Origin: Alloascoidea hylecoeti
Taxonomy: Eukaryota
Length of the DNA: 64,000 nt
Assembly: GCA_001600815.1 (NCBI GenBank)
Contig: BCKZ01000014.1
Span: 62,001-126,000 of the forward strand
Direction: 5' to 3'
The notes under the pieces are model-generated. The model searched no databases and was not told the origin of the DNA. It worked only from the letters and a program-made list of their open reading frames with translations. Each line of letters begins with the position of its first letter. The stretch's first letter is position 1. The translations under genes were made by a program, and so were the position numbers. Shown piece after piece: positions 9,980 to 20,909 of the stretch.

Positions 9980-11899
9980 TTAATTTATATCATCATAATC
10001 ACTATAAGTTGAAAAGTATCTAATTCTTTCAACATCATATTGACCATCCCATAAAGTTTCATCAAAGAAATATAACCAACTAAACCCAGTCCAAGATAAG
10101 ACCACCCCAATTGCACAATAAAAACTCATAAAATCGGTGATATTATTTTTTATAAAAGATATTGGTAAATAAATTAAAAAATATTTTAAATTTAATTTTA
10201 AATTTGATAATTTTCCAATTTTTTGATCTAATTGTTGTTGTTCATTAATTTCAAATATTGAAAAATTTATACTTGTTATTGCTAAAAAGAATAATAATGG
10301 TATAAATGAAAGTTTATAATATAACAATTGCCTATCAAAATAAAAAATTCTTCTTAAATTTGATTTTATTGTTGATATATTTTCAAATGATATATTGAAA
10401 ATAACAATCCAAGCAAATGTATAAATAATTTTTAAAATCATAGATGGATCAGAAATATATAATAATTCTTCATTATTATGTCCAATTATTGTTTTTGAAT
10501 AATTAAATGATGCAAAAAGTATTGAACTATAACCTGCAGTAATCAAAGTTGTAAAAGGACCAATTAATCTTTTTTCATTAATTACTATTAATGACATTGG
10601 AAATATAACTTGAATTAATTCATTTGTATTAATATGCCATCCAACTAAAAATGATGAATATAAACATAAAGTAATTGAACCATAAAACCTTTCATAAGTT
10701 GGTACTAAAAATAATGGAATTAATGATAAGAGTTGATAAAATATAATTAAAAAAAATGAAGTTTGTCTTGTTACATTTGGTATTGTTGAAAACGTTTGTT
10801 CAAATGAAAAAAATGATTCAAATGCTGTTAAATTTGTATGATTTAATGATGTCGATGATAAATGTTGAATATTTGATACAAATGGAATTCCATTTATAAA
10901 ACTAATAACTTTATCAAAAAATGAATAAATTGACCAAATATTTGGAGCAGGAAATGGCATTGTTAACGTGAAATCACATGTATAACAACTTGTAACTAAT
11001 CTATTCCACAATAAATCGATTTGCCCCAAATATAACCAAGGGCCATAAATAATTAAAAGAGTTGTTGTTGACATAAAAATCAATAATAATAATGATTTCC
11101 ATTTAATTGATTTTTTATAAGTTTTAAAAATTTTAGGATCCAATTTTGTTAAATCAATACAATTAACTCTTAATATAAAAACAATATAACTTGGTAACAT
11201 CCAAATATAATTTTTATTAAAACAAATTATTAATAAATAATAAAAAAATGATAAATTATATTTTTTTTTTTGTGTTAAAAATAATGAATAAAATAATAAA
11301 GTTGTTGTTAAATTAATAAATTGAAATTCAATTATATTATCAACAAATATTAAAAATGGACTTAAAATTATTGATGTTGATATAACAAATGATTTTGATC
11401 TTGATAATCTAGTTTTTGATTTATTAATAAAATTTTGTAGTGGTAAATAAATTAAAAATTTAAAAAAAATTAAAACAATTTTTAAAATTTTAATTTGTAA
11501 ATCAATGTTAATTTTTAAGTTATTATTTATTAATTTTAATCCATTTGAAAGTATATTAATAAACCATATATATAATGGAGGATAATTAAAAGGCCATTTT
11601 AAATCAAATTTTAATCTATACCATTCTGAAGCATTTGGAAATCCATTATTAATTAATTCTAACCAATCTTTAAATATTTCTAGTTGTTTTGAATTTGATT
11701 GAGTTGATAATAATAATTCTAAACAAAAAACTGCAATAGATACATTAACCAATGAAGAGTTAAATGATTTTCTGTGTAAATTTGAGTTAATATGTTGTTT
11801 GTTGTTTATTAATGATTTATTATTGATATTACTATGTTTTTTAATATGGGGTTGGAGTCTAATAACAGTGCTTTTTGTTGATTGTGAAAATGTTTTCAT
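9980..11899 (-). CDS. ALG8: ALG6/ALG8-family (GT57) dolichyl-phosphate-glucose glucosyltransferase, highly divergent ALG8 orthologue
   Basis: Polytopic membrane protein with SEWY..W..NYPP, APNIWSIYSF.D and SFL.GWH motifs. Divergent from VPS5, as ALG8 is in S. cerevisiae. Confidence 0.75.
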   Translation of the reverse strand: MKTFSQSTKSTVIRLQPHIKKHSNINNKSLINNKQHINSNLHRKSFNSSLVNVSIAVFCLELLLSTQSNSKQLEIFKDWLELINNGFPNASEWYRLKFDLKWPFNYPPLYIWFINILSNGLKLINNNLKINIDLQIKILKIVLIFFKFLIYLPLQNFINKSKTRLSRSKSFVISTSIILSPFLIFVDNIIEFQFINLTTTLLFYSLFLTQKKKYNLSFFYYLLIICFNKNYIWMLPSYIVFILRVNCIDLTKLDPKIFKTYKKSIKWKSLLLLIFMSTTTLLIIYGPWLYLGQIDLLWNRLVTSCYTCDFTLTMPFPAPNIWSIYSFFDKVISFINGIPFVSNIQHLSSTSLNHTNLTAFESFFSFEQTFSTIPNVTRQTSFFLIIFYQLLSLIPLFLVPTYERFYGSITLCLYSSFLVGWHINTNELIQVIFPMSLIVINEKRLIGPFTTLITAGYSSILFASFNYSKTIIGHNNEELLYISDPSMILKIIYTFAWIVIFNISFENISTIKSNLRRIFYFDRQLLYYKLSFIPLLFFLAITSINFSIFEINEQQQLDQKIGKLSNLKLNLKYFLIYLPISFIKNNITDFMSFYCAIGVVLSWTGFSWLYFFDETLWDGQYDVERIRYFSTYSDYDDIN

Positions 11900-12046
11900 G
11901 TTGCCATTTCTTCTTAGATATATTTTTATTTTGAATTTTGAATATTAAAGATAAGGGGTTATGGTGATCATAAAGAAGAAAAGGTTGGAGGTTAAGTTAA
12001 TTTTGTTACTCCCTTCACACATGCTCACCACCATTATTCCTACATA

Positions 12047-14116
12047 ATGACCGACGACGACTTAACAGGCCCATCTCCTTGGGGTAATGCATTGGCAACC
12101 CCATTTTCCGACTCCACTCCAGCTACAAAATGGCATGATGAAGATGAGGCTGTTAGATTGGCATTAAGCTCTGCTTCCATTCACGATGGTAGATCTGAAT
12201 CTGGATCTGAAGATGAAGCTCCATTAGTGGCAACAAATCAAGAAATGTCTCCTATTTTTTCAAACAAACCTGAAGATTCTCAAGCACACCATGAAGATGA
12301 AGAAGAAGATGAAAACGAAGGCGAGGATCAATTCGATTCCCCACAAGTGAAAAAAGCACCATTAGGTCCTGCACTCGCCGGGTTGGTTTCTTCGACTGGA
12401 TCCGACGATAAAGGTGGTGATTTATTTGGACCAACAGTTCCAGGTTTTACACCATCTGCTCAAGATTATTCATCATCTGATCATGATCATGATGTTGCCA
12501 CGTTGAATTCCACGTCCACTACAAAAAGTAAACCATCAGTTTATAAAGCAACTCGATTACGAAAAAGTGCAAATATGTTACGAAAATCTAAATCTATTAT
12601 CAATTCTTCTATTGCTATTGAAAATTCAGATGATAAAGATGTAGGACCTTTGGGGCCATTAGGCCCATTAGGACCTTTAGGACCATCAGATACTTCATCA
12701 TCTATTAAGAAACCAATTGTTCGTTCTTCCCAAGCTAATTCTCTCCGTGAAGATGTATTATTTGATAAAGCAATTCCATCACCTACATCCGCTAGTAGGT
12801 ATAAACGAAAATCACTACAACAAGATTCATCATCAACACCTGATTCTCAATCAATTAATACAGCACAAAGTATTGAATCTACGACATTACAACAACAGCA
12901 GCAACAAAAATCAAAACAAAAACCAAAAAAAGATATAAACACATTAAAATTTGATATTTATGTTGGAGATCCAATGAAAGTTGGTGATATTACATCAGCT
13001 CATACAGTTTATAACGTTCGTACAAATACAAACTCAACATTATTTAAAACCCCAGAAGTTACTGTAACAAGAAGGTATAAAGATTTTCGTTGGTTATATC
13101 ATCAATTGCAAAATAATAATCCTGGATTTATTATACCACCACCGCCTGAAAAGCAAGCAATGGGTAGATTTGATGAACAATTTATTGAATCAAGAAGATT
13201 ATTTTTAGAAACTATGTTGATGAAAATTGCTAAAAATGAAACTTTACAAAATGATTTAGATTTTATATTATTTTTACAAAGTGAAAGATTTTCAATTGAA
13301 TCAAAAGAAAGAGAAAGAGAAACTAATTCAAATGCATCAAAGGCGACTGATGATTATTCATCAAATGATAACAATAATGGTGGTGGAAGTGGATTTATGA
13401 GTACATTAGGTGGTGCATTTTCATTTTCTGGAAAATTTATTGAAAATGATGAATGGTTTATTGAAAAAAAAGGATATATTGAAACTTTAGATTCACAATT
13501 AAAATCATTAAGTAAATCATTAGAATTAGTTATATCACAACGTCATGAATTAGCTTTTACAATTGGTGAATTTTCATATATTATATCAACATTATCAAAT
13601 TTGGAAATTTCAAAATCATTAACTGATTTATTAAATGAATTTTCAAATACTGAATTAAGAATTAAAGAATTATATGAAAGAGAATGTATGCAAGATATTT
13701 TAACAATTGGCAATACAATTGAAGAATATATTAGATTAATTGGCAGCATTAAAACAATTTTTAATCAAAGAGAAAAACAATGGTTTAATTTATCAACAAT
13801 CGAACAAGAATTAAATAAAAAAAAGCAAACTTTTGAAAAATTTTTAAGAACTCATGGTAAAACTCAAAAAGATAAAATTGAAATTTTAAAAAATGATGTT
13901 GTTTCACATGAAAAGAAAGTTATTAATTCAAAATTTACATTTGATAATATATCAAAAAGGATAAAATTAGAATTTGATAGATTTGAATTGGAAAAAATTG
14001 ATGATTTTAGATGTAGTGTTGAAACTTTTTTGGAAAGTTCAATTGAAGCACAAAAAGAAGGTATTGAATTATGGGAAACTTTTTATCAGAGACAAAAGTT
14101 GGGGGAAGTTAGTTAA
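12047..14116 (+). CDS. VPS5: Retromer sorting nexin (PX-BAR)
   Basis: VGDPMKVGDITSAHTVY, VTRRYKDFRWLY, IIPPPPEKQAMGRF, and a C-terminal BAR domain ending IELWETFY. Confidence 0.93.
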   Translation: MTDDDLTGPSPWGNALATPFSDSTPATKWHDEDEAVRLALSSASIHDGRSESGSEDEAPLVATNQEMSPIFSNKPEDSQAHHEDEEEDENEGEDQFDSPQVKKAPLGPALAGLVSSTGSDDKGGDLFGPTVPGFTPSAQDYSSSDHDHDVATLNSTSTTKSKPSVYKATRLRKSANMLRKSKSIINSSIAIENSDDKDVGPLGPLGPLGPLGPSDTSSSIKKPIVRSSQANSLREDVLFDKAIPSPTSASRYKRKSLQQDSSSTPDSQSINTAQSIESTTLQQQQQQKSKQKPKKDINTLKFDIYVGDPMKVGDITSAHTVYNVRTNTNSTLFKTPEVTVTRRYKDFRWLYHQLQNNNPGFIIPPPPEKQAMGRFDEQFIESRRLFLETMLMKIAKNETLQNDLDFILFLQSERFSIESKERERETNSNASKATDDYSSNDNNNGGGSGFMSTLGGAFSFSGKFIENDEWFIEKKGYIETLDSQLKSLSKSLELVISQRHELAFTIGEFSYIISTLSNLEISKSLTDLLNEFSNTELRIKELYERECMQDILTIGNTIEEYIRLIGSIKTIFNQREKQWFNLSTIEQELNKKKQTFEKFLRTHGKTQKDKIEILKNDVVSHEKKVINSKFTFDNISKRIKLEFDRFELEKIDDFRCSVETFLESSIEAQKEGIELWETFYQRQKLGEVS

Positions 14117-14763
14117 GTTAGCTTTTTATTAACTATAATTGCACTTATAATTACATTATAATTACAGAATCTAATATAATTTCTTAAATTATTACAAATA
14201 TAGGGTCAATTGAAACTTAGGCAATTTGCTCCTCGCGTATCTACACCTAAAACTTGGTATATACCCATTCTATCTAATATATTCCCCGATGGCTCATTAA
14301 AACGTCCTAATTAGTAAGTGATGCTCGTTATCTTTGATTCGTATTTGGGGTTCCAACCTCATCTCCAAATAGCTTTAAGATCAATATGAATCATCAATGT
14401 CATTGGCTGCCTAGAAGAGGTGAGAAAACTATGAAAAGTTTATCTATTGAAGTAATCCGCCCGATCTAAGGCTTATAAGGTCAGTAAGCTGGATTCCATC
14501 TCCGTGAAATGGAATGGTCGATCACCTTCTCTAAACCGACACGAATCAATCCGGAATCGAGAAGTTTAACTACAATTTCCTGCAAACGAAACAGCAGGCC
14601 AAGTAGATCACAACAAATGAGTGAAAATCGTTTAATGTCTGAAGTGGCATGGCTCTCAAAGTCAAACATTATGACACTAATGGTAAGCATATGTAGATTT
14701 CATAAGCATTCTATTCTTCTCATAAAATCATAAAACCATAAAATCATAAACAAATATAAATAT

Positions 14764-16386
14764 CTATACTTCAACATGTTCAATTTCATTTTTAGTTTCT
14801 TGTAACTTCTTGTCAAGGTATTCTCTATGTTCGTCTTTAACTCCATCACCAAATACTTGGGCAACCTCTTCTAAACTATAACCTCTTGTTTCTGGTAAAA
14901 GAAAGTACGCAATAACAATCTCGAAAGCTAACCAGCAAGTCCAGACTATATAATATTTCCATTCAATACTATCCATTGCAACAGGATTAACAAAACCATT
15001 NAANATACNAGTNANTTGNCNTGTGNAGACAAAAACAAGAACACCTTTAGATCTAAGATTATAAGGTAAAATTTCTGTTAAATATAAGTATGGTAAACCA
15101 CTCAATGCTATATCATAACAGGCATCAAATAAGAAAATCATAGCAAGAACACCATTAGCTAAAGATTTCTGCTCAAAATTTCTCTTTTGATTGTAAGCTG
15201 AAAGAACTGTCCAAATTAGATAACAAACCATCATCGACATTAAACAACCTAAAAACATTTTACGNCTATCTACTTTATTTGTAAGGAATGTTGCGGAAAA
15301 TGCAATAACTTGATTAAAACACATTAATGCTCCATTAATTACTAATTGTGTAACACTTGTTGTTATACCAATAGAATTTAAAACCTTTACTAAATAGTAA
15401 CTAACAAGCGCATTACCTGAAAGTTGCATCATAACTGGAAGNAAAAAAGAAATTAAAAATCTATGAAAATTTGCTCTAGTTTTAAAGAATGTTTTCAATC
15501 CTACTTGTTTTTGTAACTTTTCAAGTTCAATTGCTTGTTGAATTTCATATAATTCAAAATCAATNAATGTANTTGCTTCTTCAGAATNATCATNNCCAGT
15601 NTGATATTTCTTTAAGACATTTCTAGCATCTGATATACGACTTTTTGCAACTAAGTAACGTGGAGATTCTGGTACAAATGGTATAAAAACTAATTGAATA
15701 AATGGTGAAACTGCTTGTATAAGAACTGGAATCCTCCAACACCATGAATTATTAATAAAATAAGTGCCTAAAGTTATCCATGCGGCAATTAAAGCCCCTA
15801 ACCACCAAACTGTATTGAAAATAGATGTTATAATTTCCCTTTGTGCAGGATATACGGTTTCTGAAATGATTGTTGGACATCCAATACCAGATAAAAATAC
15901 TCCACCACCTAGGATAACTCTTCCAACAATGAAACACGCATAACCATTAGCTGCTGTTTGAATTACTACTCCTATAAGCATCATAATTGCACCATATAAT
16001 ATACAGCTTTTTCTGCCATGTGTATCGGAGAGCCAAGTTGAAAACCAACAGGTTAGGAAGAAACCAAATGTCACACCAGATGTAAGCGCTCCAAGAGTTG
16101 TTCCAGATGGATTACCCATATAATCCATCCAAATATCTAGGGATTGCAAGCCGTTCAAAAGAGAACCATCATAACCGGTAGTAGCAGAGGTTAACATTGG
16201 TATAAGTAAAAGCATGTTAAGCTTTAAAAGGTACGGATACTTATACCATGGTTTATCTAACTTTGGTAAAACATCTTGAAGTACTAACGGTTGACCGTTT
16301 AATTGAGATGGTTTTGGATCGTTGAAAGTGTCACTTTCTTTATTTGGGATATCAGTTGCAATTGGTTTATTATCTATGGTATTCAT
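14764..16386 (-). CDS. MFS sugar porter, LAC12/HXT2.x/CDT (lactose/cellodextrin permease) type, copy 1
   Basis: GYDGSLLNGLQ, SDTHGRK, WCWRIP..IQ, PESPRYL, QLSGNALVSYYL and PETRGYSLEE motifs; contains N bases. Confidence 0.9.
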   Translation of the reverse strand: MNTIDNKPIATDIPNKESDTFNDPKPSQLNGQPLVLQDVLPKLDKPWYKYPYLLKLNMLLLIPMLTSATTGYDGSLLNGLQSLDIWMDYMGNPSGTTLGALTSGVTFGFFLTCWFSTWLSDTHGRKSCILYGAIMMLIGVVIQTAANGYACFIVGRVILGGGVFLSGIGCPTIISETVYPAQREIITSIFNTVWWLGALIAAWITLGTYFINNSWCWRIPVLIQAVSPFIQLVFIPFVPESPRYLVAKSRISDARNVLKKYXTXXDXSEEAXTXIDFELYEIQQAIELEKLQKQVGLKTFFKTRANFHRFLISFXLPVMMQLSGNALVSYYLVKVLNSIGITTSVTQLVINGALMCFNQVIAFSATFLTNKVDXRKMFLGCLMSMMVCYLIWTVLSAYNQKRNFEQKSLANGVLAMIFLFDACYDIALSGLPYLYLTEILPYNLRSKGVLVFVXTXQXTXXXNGFVNPVAMDSIEWKYYIVWTCWLAFEIVIAYFLLPETRGYSLEEVAQVFGDGVKDEHREYLDKKLQETKNEIEHVEV

Positions 16387-17675
16387 TTAATTTGAACTTA
16401 TAATCGTAGTGTTATCCTTTTTATTGAATTTTTATATGGTTATAGGAAATATGAAACTTTATATAACAAATTATTTACCCTATAGCATATTAATAATAAT
16501 AAGAATCAATATTCCGGCTATAGAATATTAGAGTCATTCCTTATAAAACATGAAAAACAACTTTTAATCAAAATTGGGAAGCTTGAGTTGTAATAGGAAC
16601 TTAGAAAAGTAATTAATTATAACTAAACACCCCGCGCCGTTTTCCTTAAGGTTATTTATTATAACAAATAATCATATATCATTAGTCTATATAAGATCTC
16701 GTATAAATATATCGGTGTTCCGAAGTTGTTTTTCAAATATCCAATTGCAATTTTCAATTGTGCTAATTAATATACTACAACACTCGAAACATACGCCAAT
16801 TGCCATTAGATAGACATAGTCAGTTTTATACAGCTAATTATTAGCCAATTGTAATATAATATATATGATAGCTATGATTATGGATTATGGTATCCATTAA
16901 AACTACATCTATGGATATAATAATTAATTTTGTTAATATAATAAGAGGTCCCATATTAATTGCATACCATATACGATATTATACGTATATGTGATCAAGT
17001 TAAGGAAGAATAAAACATTAGTAATTGCATCATTAATATTATAATGAATATGAAGAAGCTGTGATCGGAAATATAAAAAAAGATAGATATTAGCATTGGG
17101 ACCTATAGCTATAGCTAAGCCACCATATGCAATGCATTACGCTTCACTAAACTCATCTTAACGTGCATTGACAGAAAACTGAAAGTGGACATTTCTTTTC
17201 AAGCTTGAAGCTCATGAGCCCAATTATATGCTCGCAATGTAAAGTAGACTCAGATATAGATTTAAAAAGCCTACTATACATCTATATATATAAAGATTTC
17301 ATAAATATCAACAATATAGCTATGATACCATCGGAAAATAATGCCGATTACTTTAAAGTATTTTATGTTAATGATTTTATAGACAAATCTATCAATAAAC
17401 CCGTAATCCTAGACACAGTCGAGCGTTCGGTAAGCCCCTGCATTTGTTTTTTAAATTTTACACACCTCCAAAAAACTGATAACTATAGTGTTTTTTTGAC
17501 AAGACCAAATTGTTCCTGAAATAGTTCATAGTGCTCCACAGAAACAGGAGATTCTATTATACTATATAGAATCTAGTAGTAGTGTTGGCACACTTAGCTC
17601 CATACACGGCTGCCACCCACGAGGTACGGTCGTAGAGCTGATGCTAATCATATCAATGCATCAAAGATATCCTGA

Positions 17676-17741
17676 TTCGGATATACCTGAAACTTATATT
17701 ACTATTTGTGGGGAAACTGGAGACTCCTGAAATATTGTATT
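17676..17741. promoter_or_regulatory. Conserved promoter block with Mig1/CreA-type SYGGRG sites (GTGGGG 17708, CTGGAG 17717)
   Basis: Ungapped inverted match to about 44350-44416, with the SYGGRG sites preserved in both copies. Confidence 0.55.
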
Positions 17742-17812
17742 AAAGTGTATACGTATATTATTATTATTATTATTAAGTTAATTTTCCGAATTTTAGTAGA
17801 TATTAGATAATC

Positions 17813-17970
17813 TGGACCACTTGTGCAAACTAGCTCTTAACGATAGTATATCCTGGAGCGGTACTAACGGGTATTGCTTATCGGGGTCAAAAATTGATCG
17901 GCGTAAAATGAGGCATTACCTAGCAAAATTTAACCATAGTTAAGATGTTATTTGCACAAGTGGTGGTCCA
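17813..17970. mobile_element. MITE-like ~158-bp insertion with ~28-bp imperfect terminal inverted repeats
   Basis: Left arm TGGACCACTTGTGCAAACTAGCTCTTAAC; right arm GTTAAGATGTTATTTGCACAAGTGGTGGTCCA. Absent at the paralogous site (about 43890-43915). Confidence 0.6.
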
Positions 17971-18132
17971 CTACGGTATATCTAATTATATCATAATTCT
18001 TATTTCAGAGTAAGCCTAGCTATATATAAGCTTAAGTAAGATAAATGGTCCATCTAATTGTGCTGAACACTCATGTTGGCTATATTCAACCAGTCATAAA
18101 ACTTACAAAGAATATTAAATTTAATATCTAAC

Positions 18133-18278
18133 AAGTCAACAGGATTTGTAAGTAAACATTAACGGAACTAAAATAAAGATCGAGATGTATTAAATGGTGC
18201 TGCCTTAGGTGGCGTTTTATCAACGGAAAGCTTCATGATCATGACAGGTCTTGTATCATTGGGAAAAAAAAATTTGAA
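18133..18278 (+). pseudogene. 5' relic of a GH5 paralogue of 42284-43711
   Basis: ATG changed to AAG, then STGF, NGTKI, VLNGAALGGVLSTESFM..TG and LGK.KFE with indels, versus MSTGF..NGTKI..VLKGVALGGVLLMENFMTG..LGKEKFE in the intact gene. The 5' UTR is also homologous. Confidence 0.85.
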
Positions 18279-18530
18279 CAAATATCTTCAAGGGATGCAC
18301 CAAACTTTGTCATATTTCCAACACAGCCCTCGAAGATGCTCTAAAAACAATTCGAAGCGGAATCCAAAAATCTAAGAGGGGAATGACACTAATTATAAGT
18401 GGGGATAAAAATGAGATGTGTGCCTTGGAAGTCGCAAGCTGGTGAGAAAAATACACTACATCCTAGAAGAAACGCTTGCACCACAATTGCAACAAGATTT
18501 ACAATCCAAAATATCTAACACATATATTAT
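18277..18530 (+). repeat. Degenerate repeat family R2, fragment 1 (possible transposon/LINE relic)
   Basis: Inverted similarity to 20910-21135: AACAAATATCTTCAA, CTCGAAG..ATTCGAAG.GGAA.CCA..ATCTA..A.GGGAA, GAGATGTGTG. Confidence 0.6.
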
Positions 18531-18662
18531 CAGTATTATTGAAAAAAGGAAAGTTGAGTAATACTAATTTGAATAATCTATATTTAACGCTGAGTTTGAA
18601 ATTTGTGGGCGAAATGTAACAATTTTGGAGAGACCCTTTTCAGACCTTTTCATTTTTATAAC

Positions 18663-20711
18663 TTAATTATAAATTGGAATACTGATAGAATCTTTACCAA
18701 GTACAACAAAATTCAATTTATTATCAATGATTAAAGTTAGAAAATTTTTAGAATTGTAGTCCACTAATGGATTATTTAAACTAATAAATTTCCATTTGTT
18801 AATTTCAATATCATAAAGTATCAAATATTCAAATATTTTACTATCCATTATTCGATAATTTGGATCAAAAATAGCTTCAAGGTAGTATTTAACTTTTATT
18901 GCTATATTATTATTGTTCCAGAAATATGGATCAACTGTGAATCCCTTTATTTTATAATCAGGATATTCAATGTTTATTAGAGGTTGGAGGATATCGATCT
19001 TAGGAGTTTCAATTAGGGTTCTCCAATTCCAATCATAATTGCCGCCGTCATCATTATGATCATTATCACTGTATGCTCTTCCATTTGAATTGAAAAATCG
19101 TGAACTCTTGACGACAATTTTTAATTTTTGATAATTCTCAATCTTATCATCAAGCATGTCTAAGAAATTTATCAATGGAATCCAAAGCAGTTGAAAGTTA
19201 TCAACACAACTAACGTTTTTATAGTTTCCATCATCAATCATTTTCCAATTATAATGGATTTTGAATAAATTTGAACCAATCATGATAATCTGGGGAATAA
19301 CAAGATAAGTATTTATTTGATACCTTTCATTCCAAGGCATTCGAAATGTTTGTACCCTATATCCATATATGTTTAGGTCGTAGTTGATTTTATATTTACC
19401 CAAGTATTCACCATTAGGAGTTTTGAATACTAACCAATAATAAATGTCCACACCATGAAGTGACTGAACTTTGACTGGTATTAAAGTATAAAAATCGGAT
19501 ATTTGGATTTTTAAAAAAGTTGGAATTGATAAAGTGTCATATTCAAATAGACCTAGATTTAAGCCAAGTTTCTCACCAATATTGTATCGAGATTGGATTT
19601 CAGCTTGCCATACCATTGATTGTAATTGGTCGTGTGCATGAACGTTATCGATATTGATTTTTTTATAGCACTTGATAACTATAATTCTGTTTTTTCCACT
19701 ATTATTTCCCGGAAGATTGACTGAGATTAAATATTTTCCAGAAGTGATTTCATTAAATTTTAAGAATTTTTCAGGTGTAAATAAGTCACCGTGTTTGATT
19801 GAGTGAGCTAACATTAAATTTCTTTTTCTTTTTCTTCTTTTATTGAGAAAGCTAAATGTTAGATGTTGTCCATAAAGCATTTTATGATTCTTAAGTTGAT
19901 CATATAACTGTTTAGAAAAATTGACAGGCAATATCCAATTACTAGTTCTAGAACCATCCTTAACTTCAGTGGATCTAACATTTTCCCAACTAAATTGATT
20001 TAATGGTTTATCAATTATTGCAGAAGTTTGTGGGTATTTGACATATAATTTATTCACCAATGTTTTAGATTTTAAAATAGATTTTATATCTTGCTGAAAA
20101 TATATATTCGACTGATTCTTGAAAATTGACGAACCCATTGGAATTATTTGCATCACACATTCATCATTATGATTCATATGACTATCAGGTTCTATAGTAG
20201 ATGTATCAAGAATTGTGTTTTCGACGGAAGATACTTCTAAAAGTCCAGCGGGCGCAAAGTCCAGAAGAAATAAATCATCATATTCCTCTTTAGTTAACAG
20301 AGGAAAATGGGTTTGAAACCTAATATCAATATCACTATCACTATCATTCATGTTATCCCTATATTGCTGAACAATTTGATTTTGCCACAAAGTGAAAGTA
20401 GCATTGTCATTTTTGATAATTTTAAAGTTTGGTTCAAGTAAAAAGCAATTAAATAGATTCACAGTTTTAACATGCCCATTGATCAAATTCTCGATCATTT
20501 TGTATTGTTTATTTTTTAATGACTTAATACTCTTTCCTTGATTCCCTTTAGTGAACGAATCCATTATAATAGCTTCATATCGTTTATTATGATTCTCTTG
20601 GTAGTAAGTGAGGAATAGCCTACATGTCTTGAATAATCTAAAGGCATCCACTGGAGAAAGATACTCCGCGATGAGATTAATGACATCTTGAGGAAGCTTT
20701 ATCAAGTTCAT
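18663..20711 (-). CDS. F-box protein with an unrecognised C-terminal region (probable start MNLIKLP; ORF extends to 20747)
   Basis: N-terminal F-box LIKLPQDVINLIAEYLSPVDAFRLFKTCR; long intact ORF. Confidence 0.75.
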   Translation of the reverse strand: MNLIKLPQDVINLIAEYLSPVDAFRLFKTCRLFLTYYQENHNKRYEAIIMDSFTKGNQGKSIKSLKNKQYKMIENLINGHVKTVNLFNCFLLEPNFKIIKNDNATFTLWQNQIVQQYRDNMNDSDSDIDIRFQTHFPLLTKEEYDDLFLLDFAPAGLLEVSSVENTILDTSTIEPDSHMNHNDECVMQIIPMGSSIFKNQSNIYFQQDIKSILKSKTLVNKLYVKYPQTSAIIDKPLNQFSWENVRSTEVKDGSRTSNWILPVNFSKQLYDQLKNHKMLYGQHLTFSFLNKRRKRKRNLMLAHSIKHGDLFTPEKFLKFNEITSGKYLISVNLPGNNSGKNRIIVIKCYKKINIDNVHAHDQLQSMVWQAEIQSRYNIGEKLGLNLGLFEYDTLSIPTFLKIQISDFYTLIPVKVQSLHGVDIYYWLVFKTPNGEYLGKYKINYDLNIYGYRVQTFRMPWNERYQINTYLVIPQIIMIGSNLFKIHYNWKMIDDGNYKNVSCVDNFQLLWIPLINFLDMLDDKIENYQKLKIVVKSSRFFNSNGRAYSDNDHNDDGGNYDWNWRTLIETPKIDILQPLINIEYPDYKIKGFTVDPYFWNNNNIAIKVKYYLEAIFDPNYRIMDSKIFEYLILYDIEINKWKFISLNNPLVDYNSKNFLTLIIDNKLNFVVLGKDSISIPIYN

Positions 20712-20909
20712 AATAGCGAAGTAGAGAAAGTGAAACCGAGTGATCATGAGTTCACGTATTAATGGCTGTATTTACACCCGGTTCAGCCTAAAGTTGTGAT
20801 TTTGTTTCGGGTCATCTCTCCAAGGCCCATTTCTCCAAAAAACATGCATGGAGCATTTACGGCATGCAAAAGGCCTTTTTTGAATTAAAGAAACCAAAGG
20901 AACATAATA

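Larger units (their letters stand above)
14440..18278 (-). repeat. Segmental duplication copy 1 (inverted paralogue of ~43525-47740)
   Basis: Collinear homology covers the downstream flank, the transporter CDS, promoter blocks (16385-16570, 16710-16728, 17676-17741, 17775-17792, 18063-18130) and the 5' end of the GH5. End points approximate. Confidence 0.85.

Noticed and set aside
12644..12685. GPLGPLGPLGPLGP collagen-like repeat in VPS5
   Set aside because: Short low-complexity motif; similar PLG repeats are common in fungal Vps5 N-termini.
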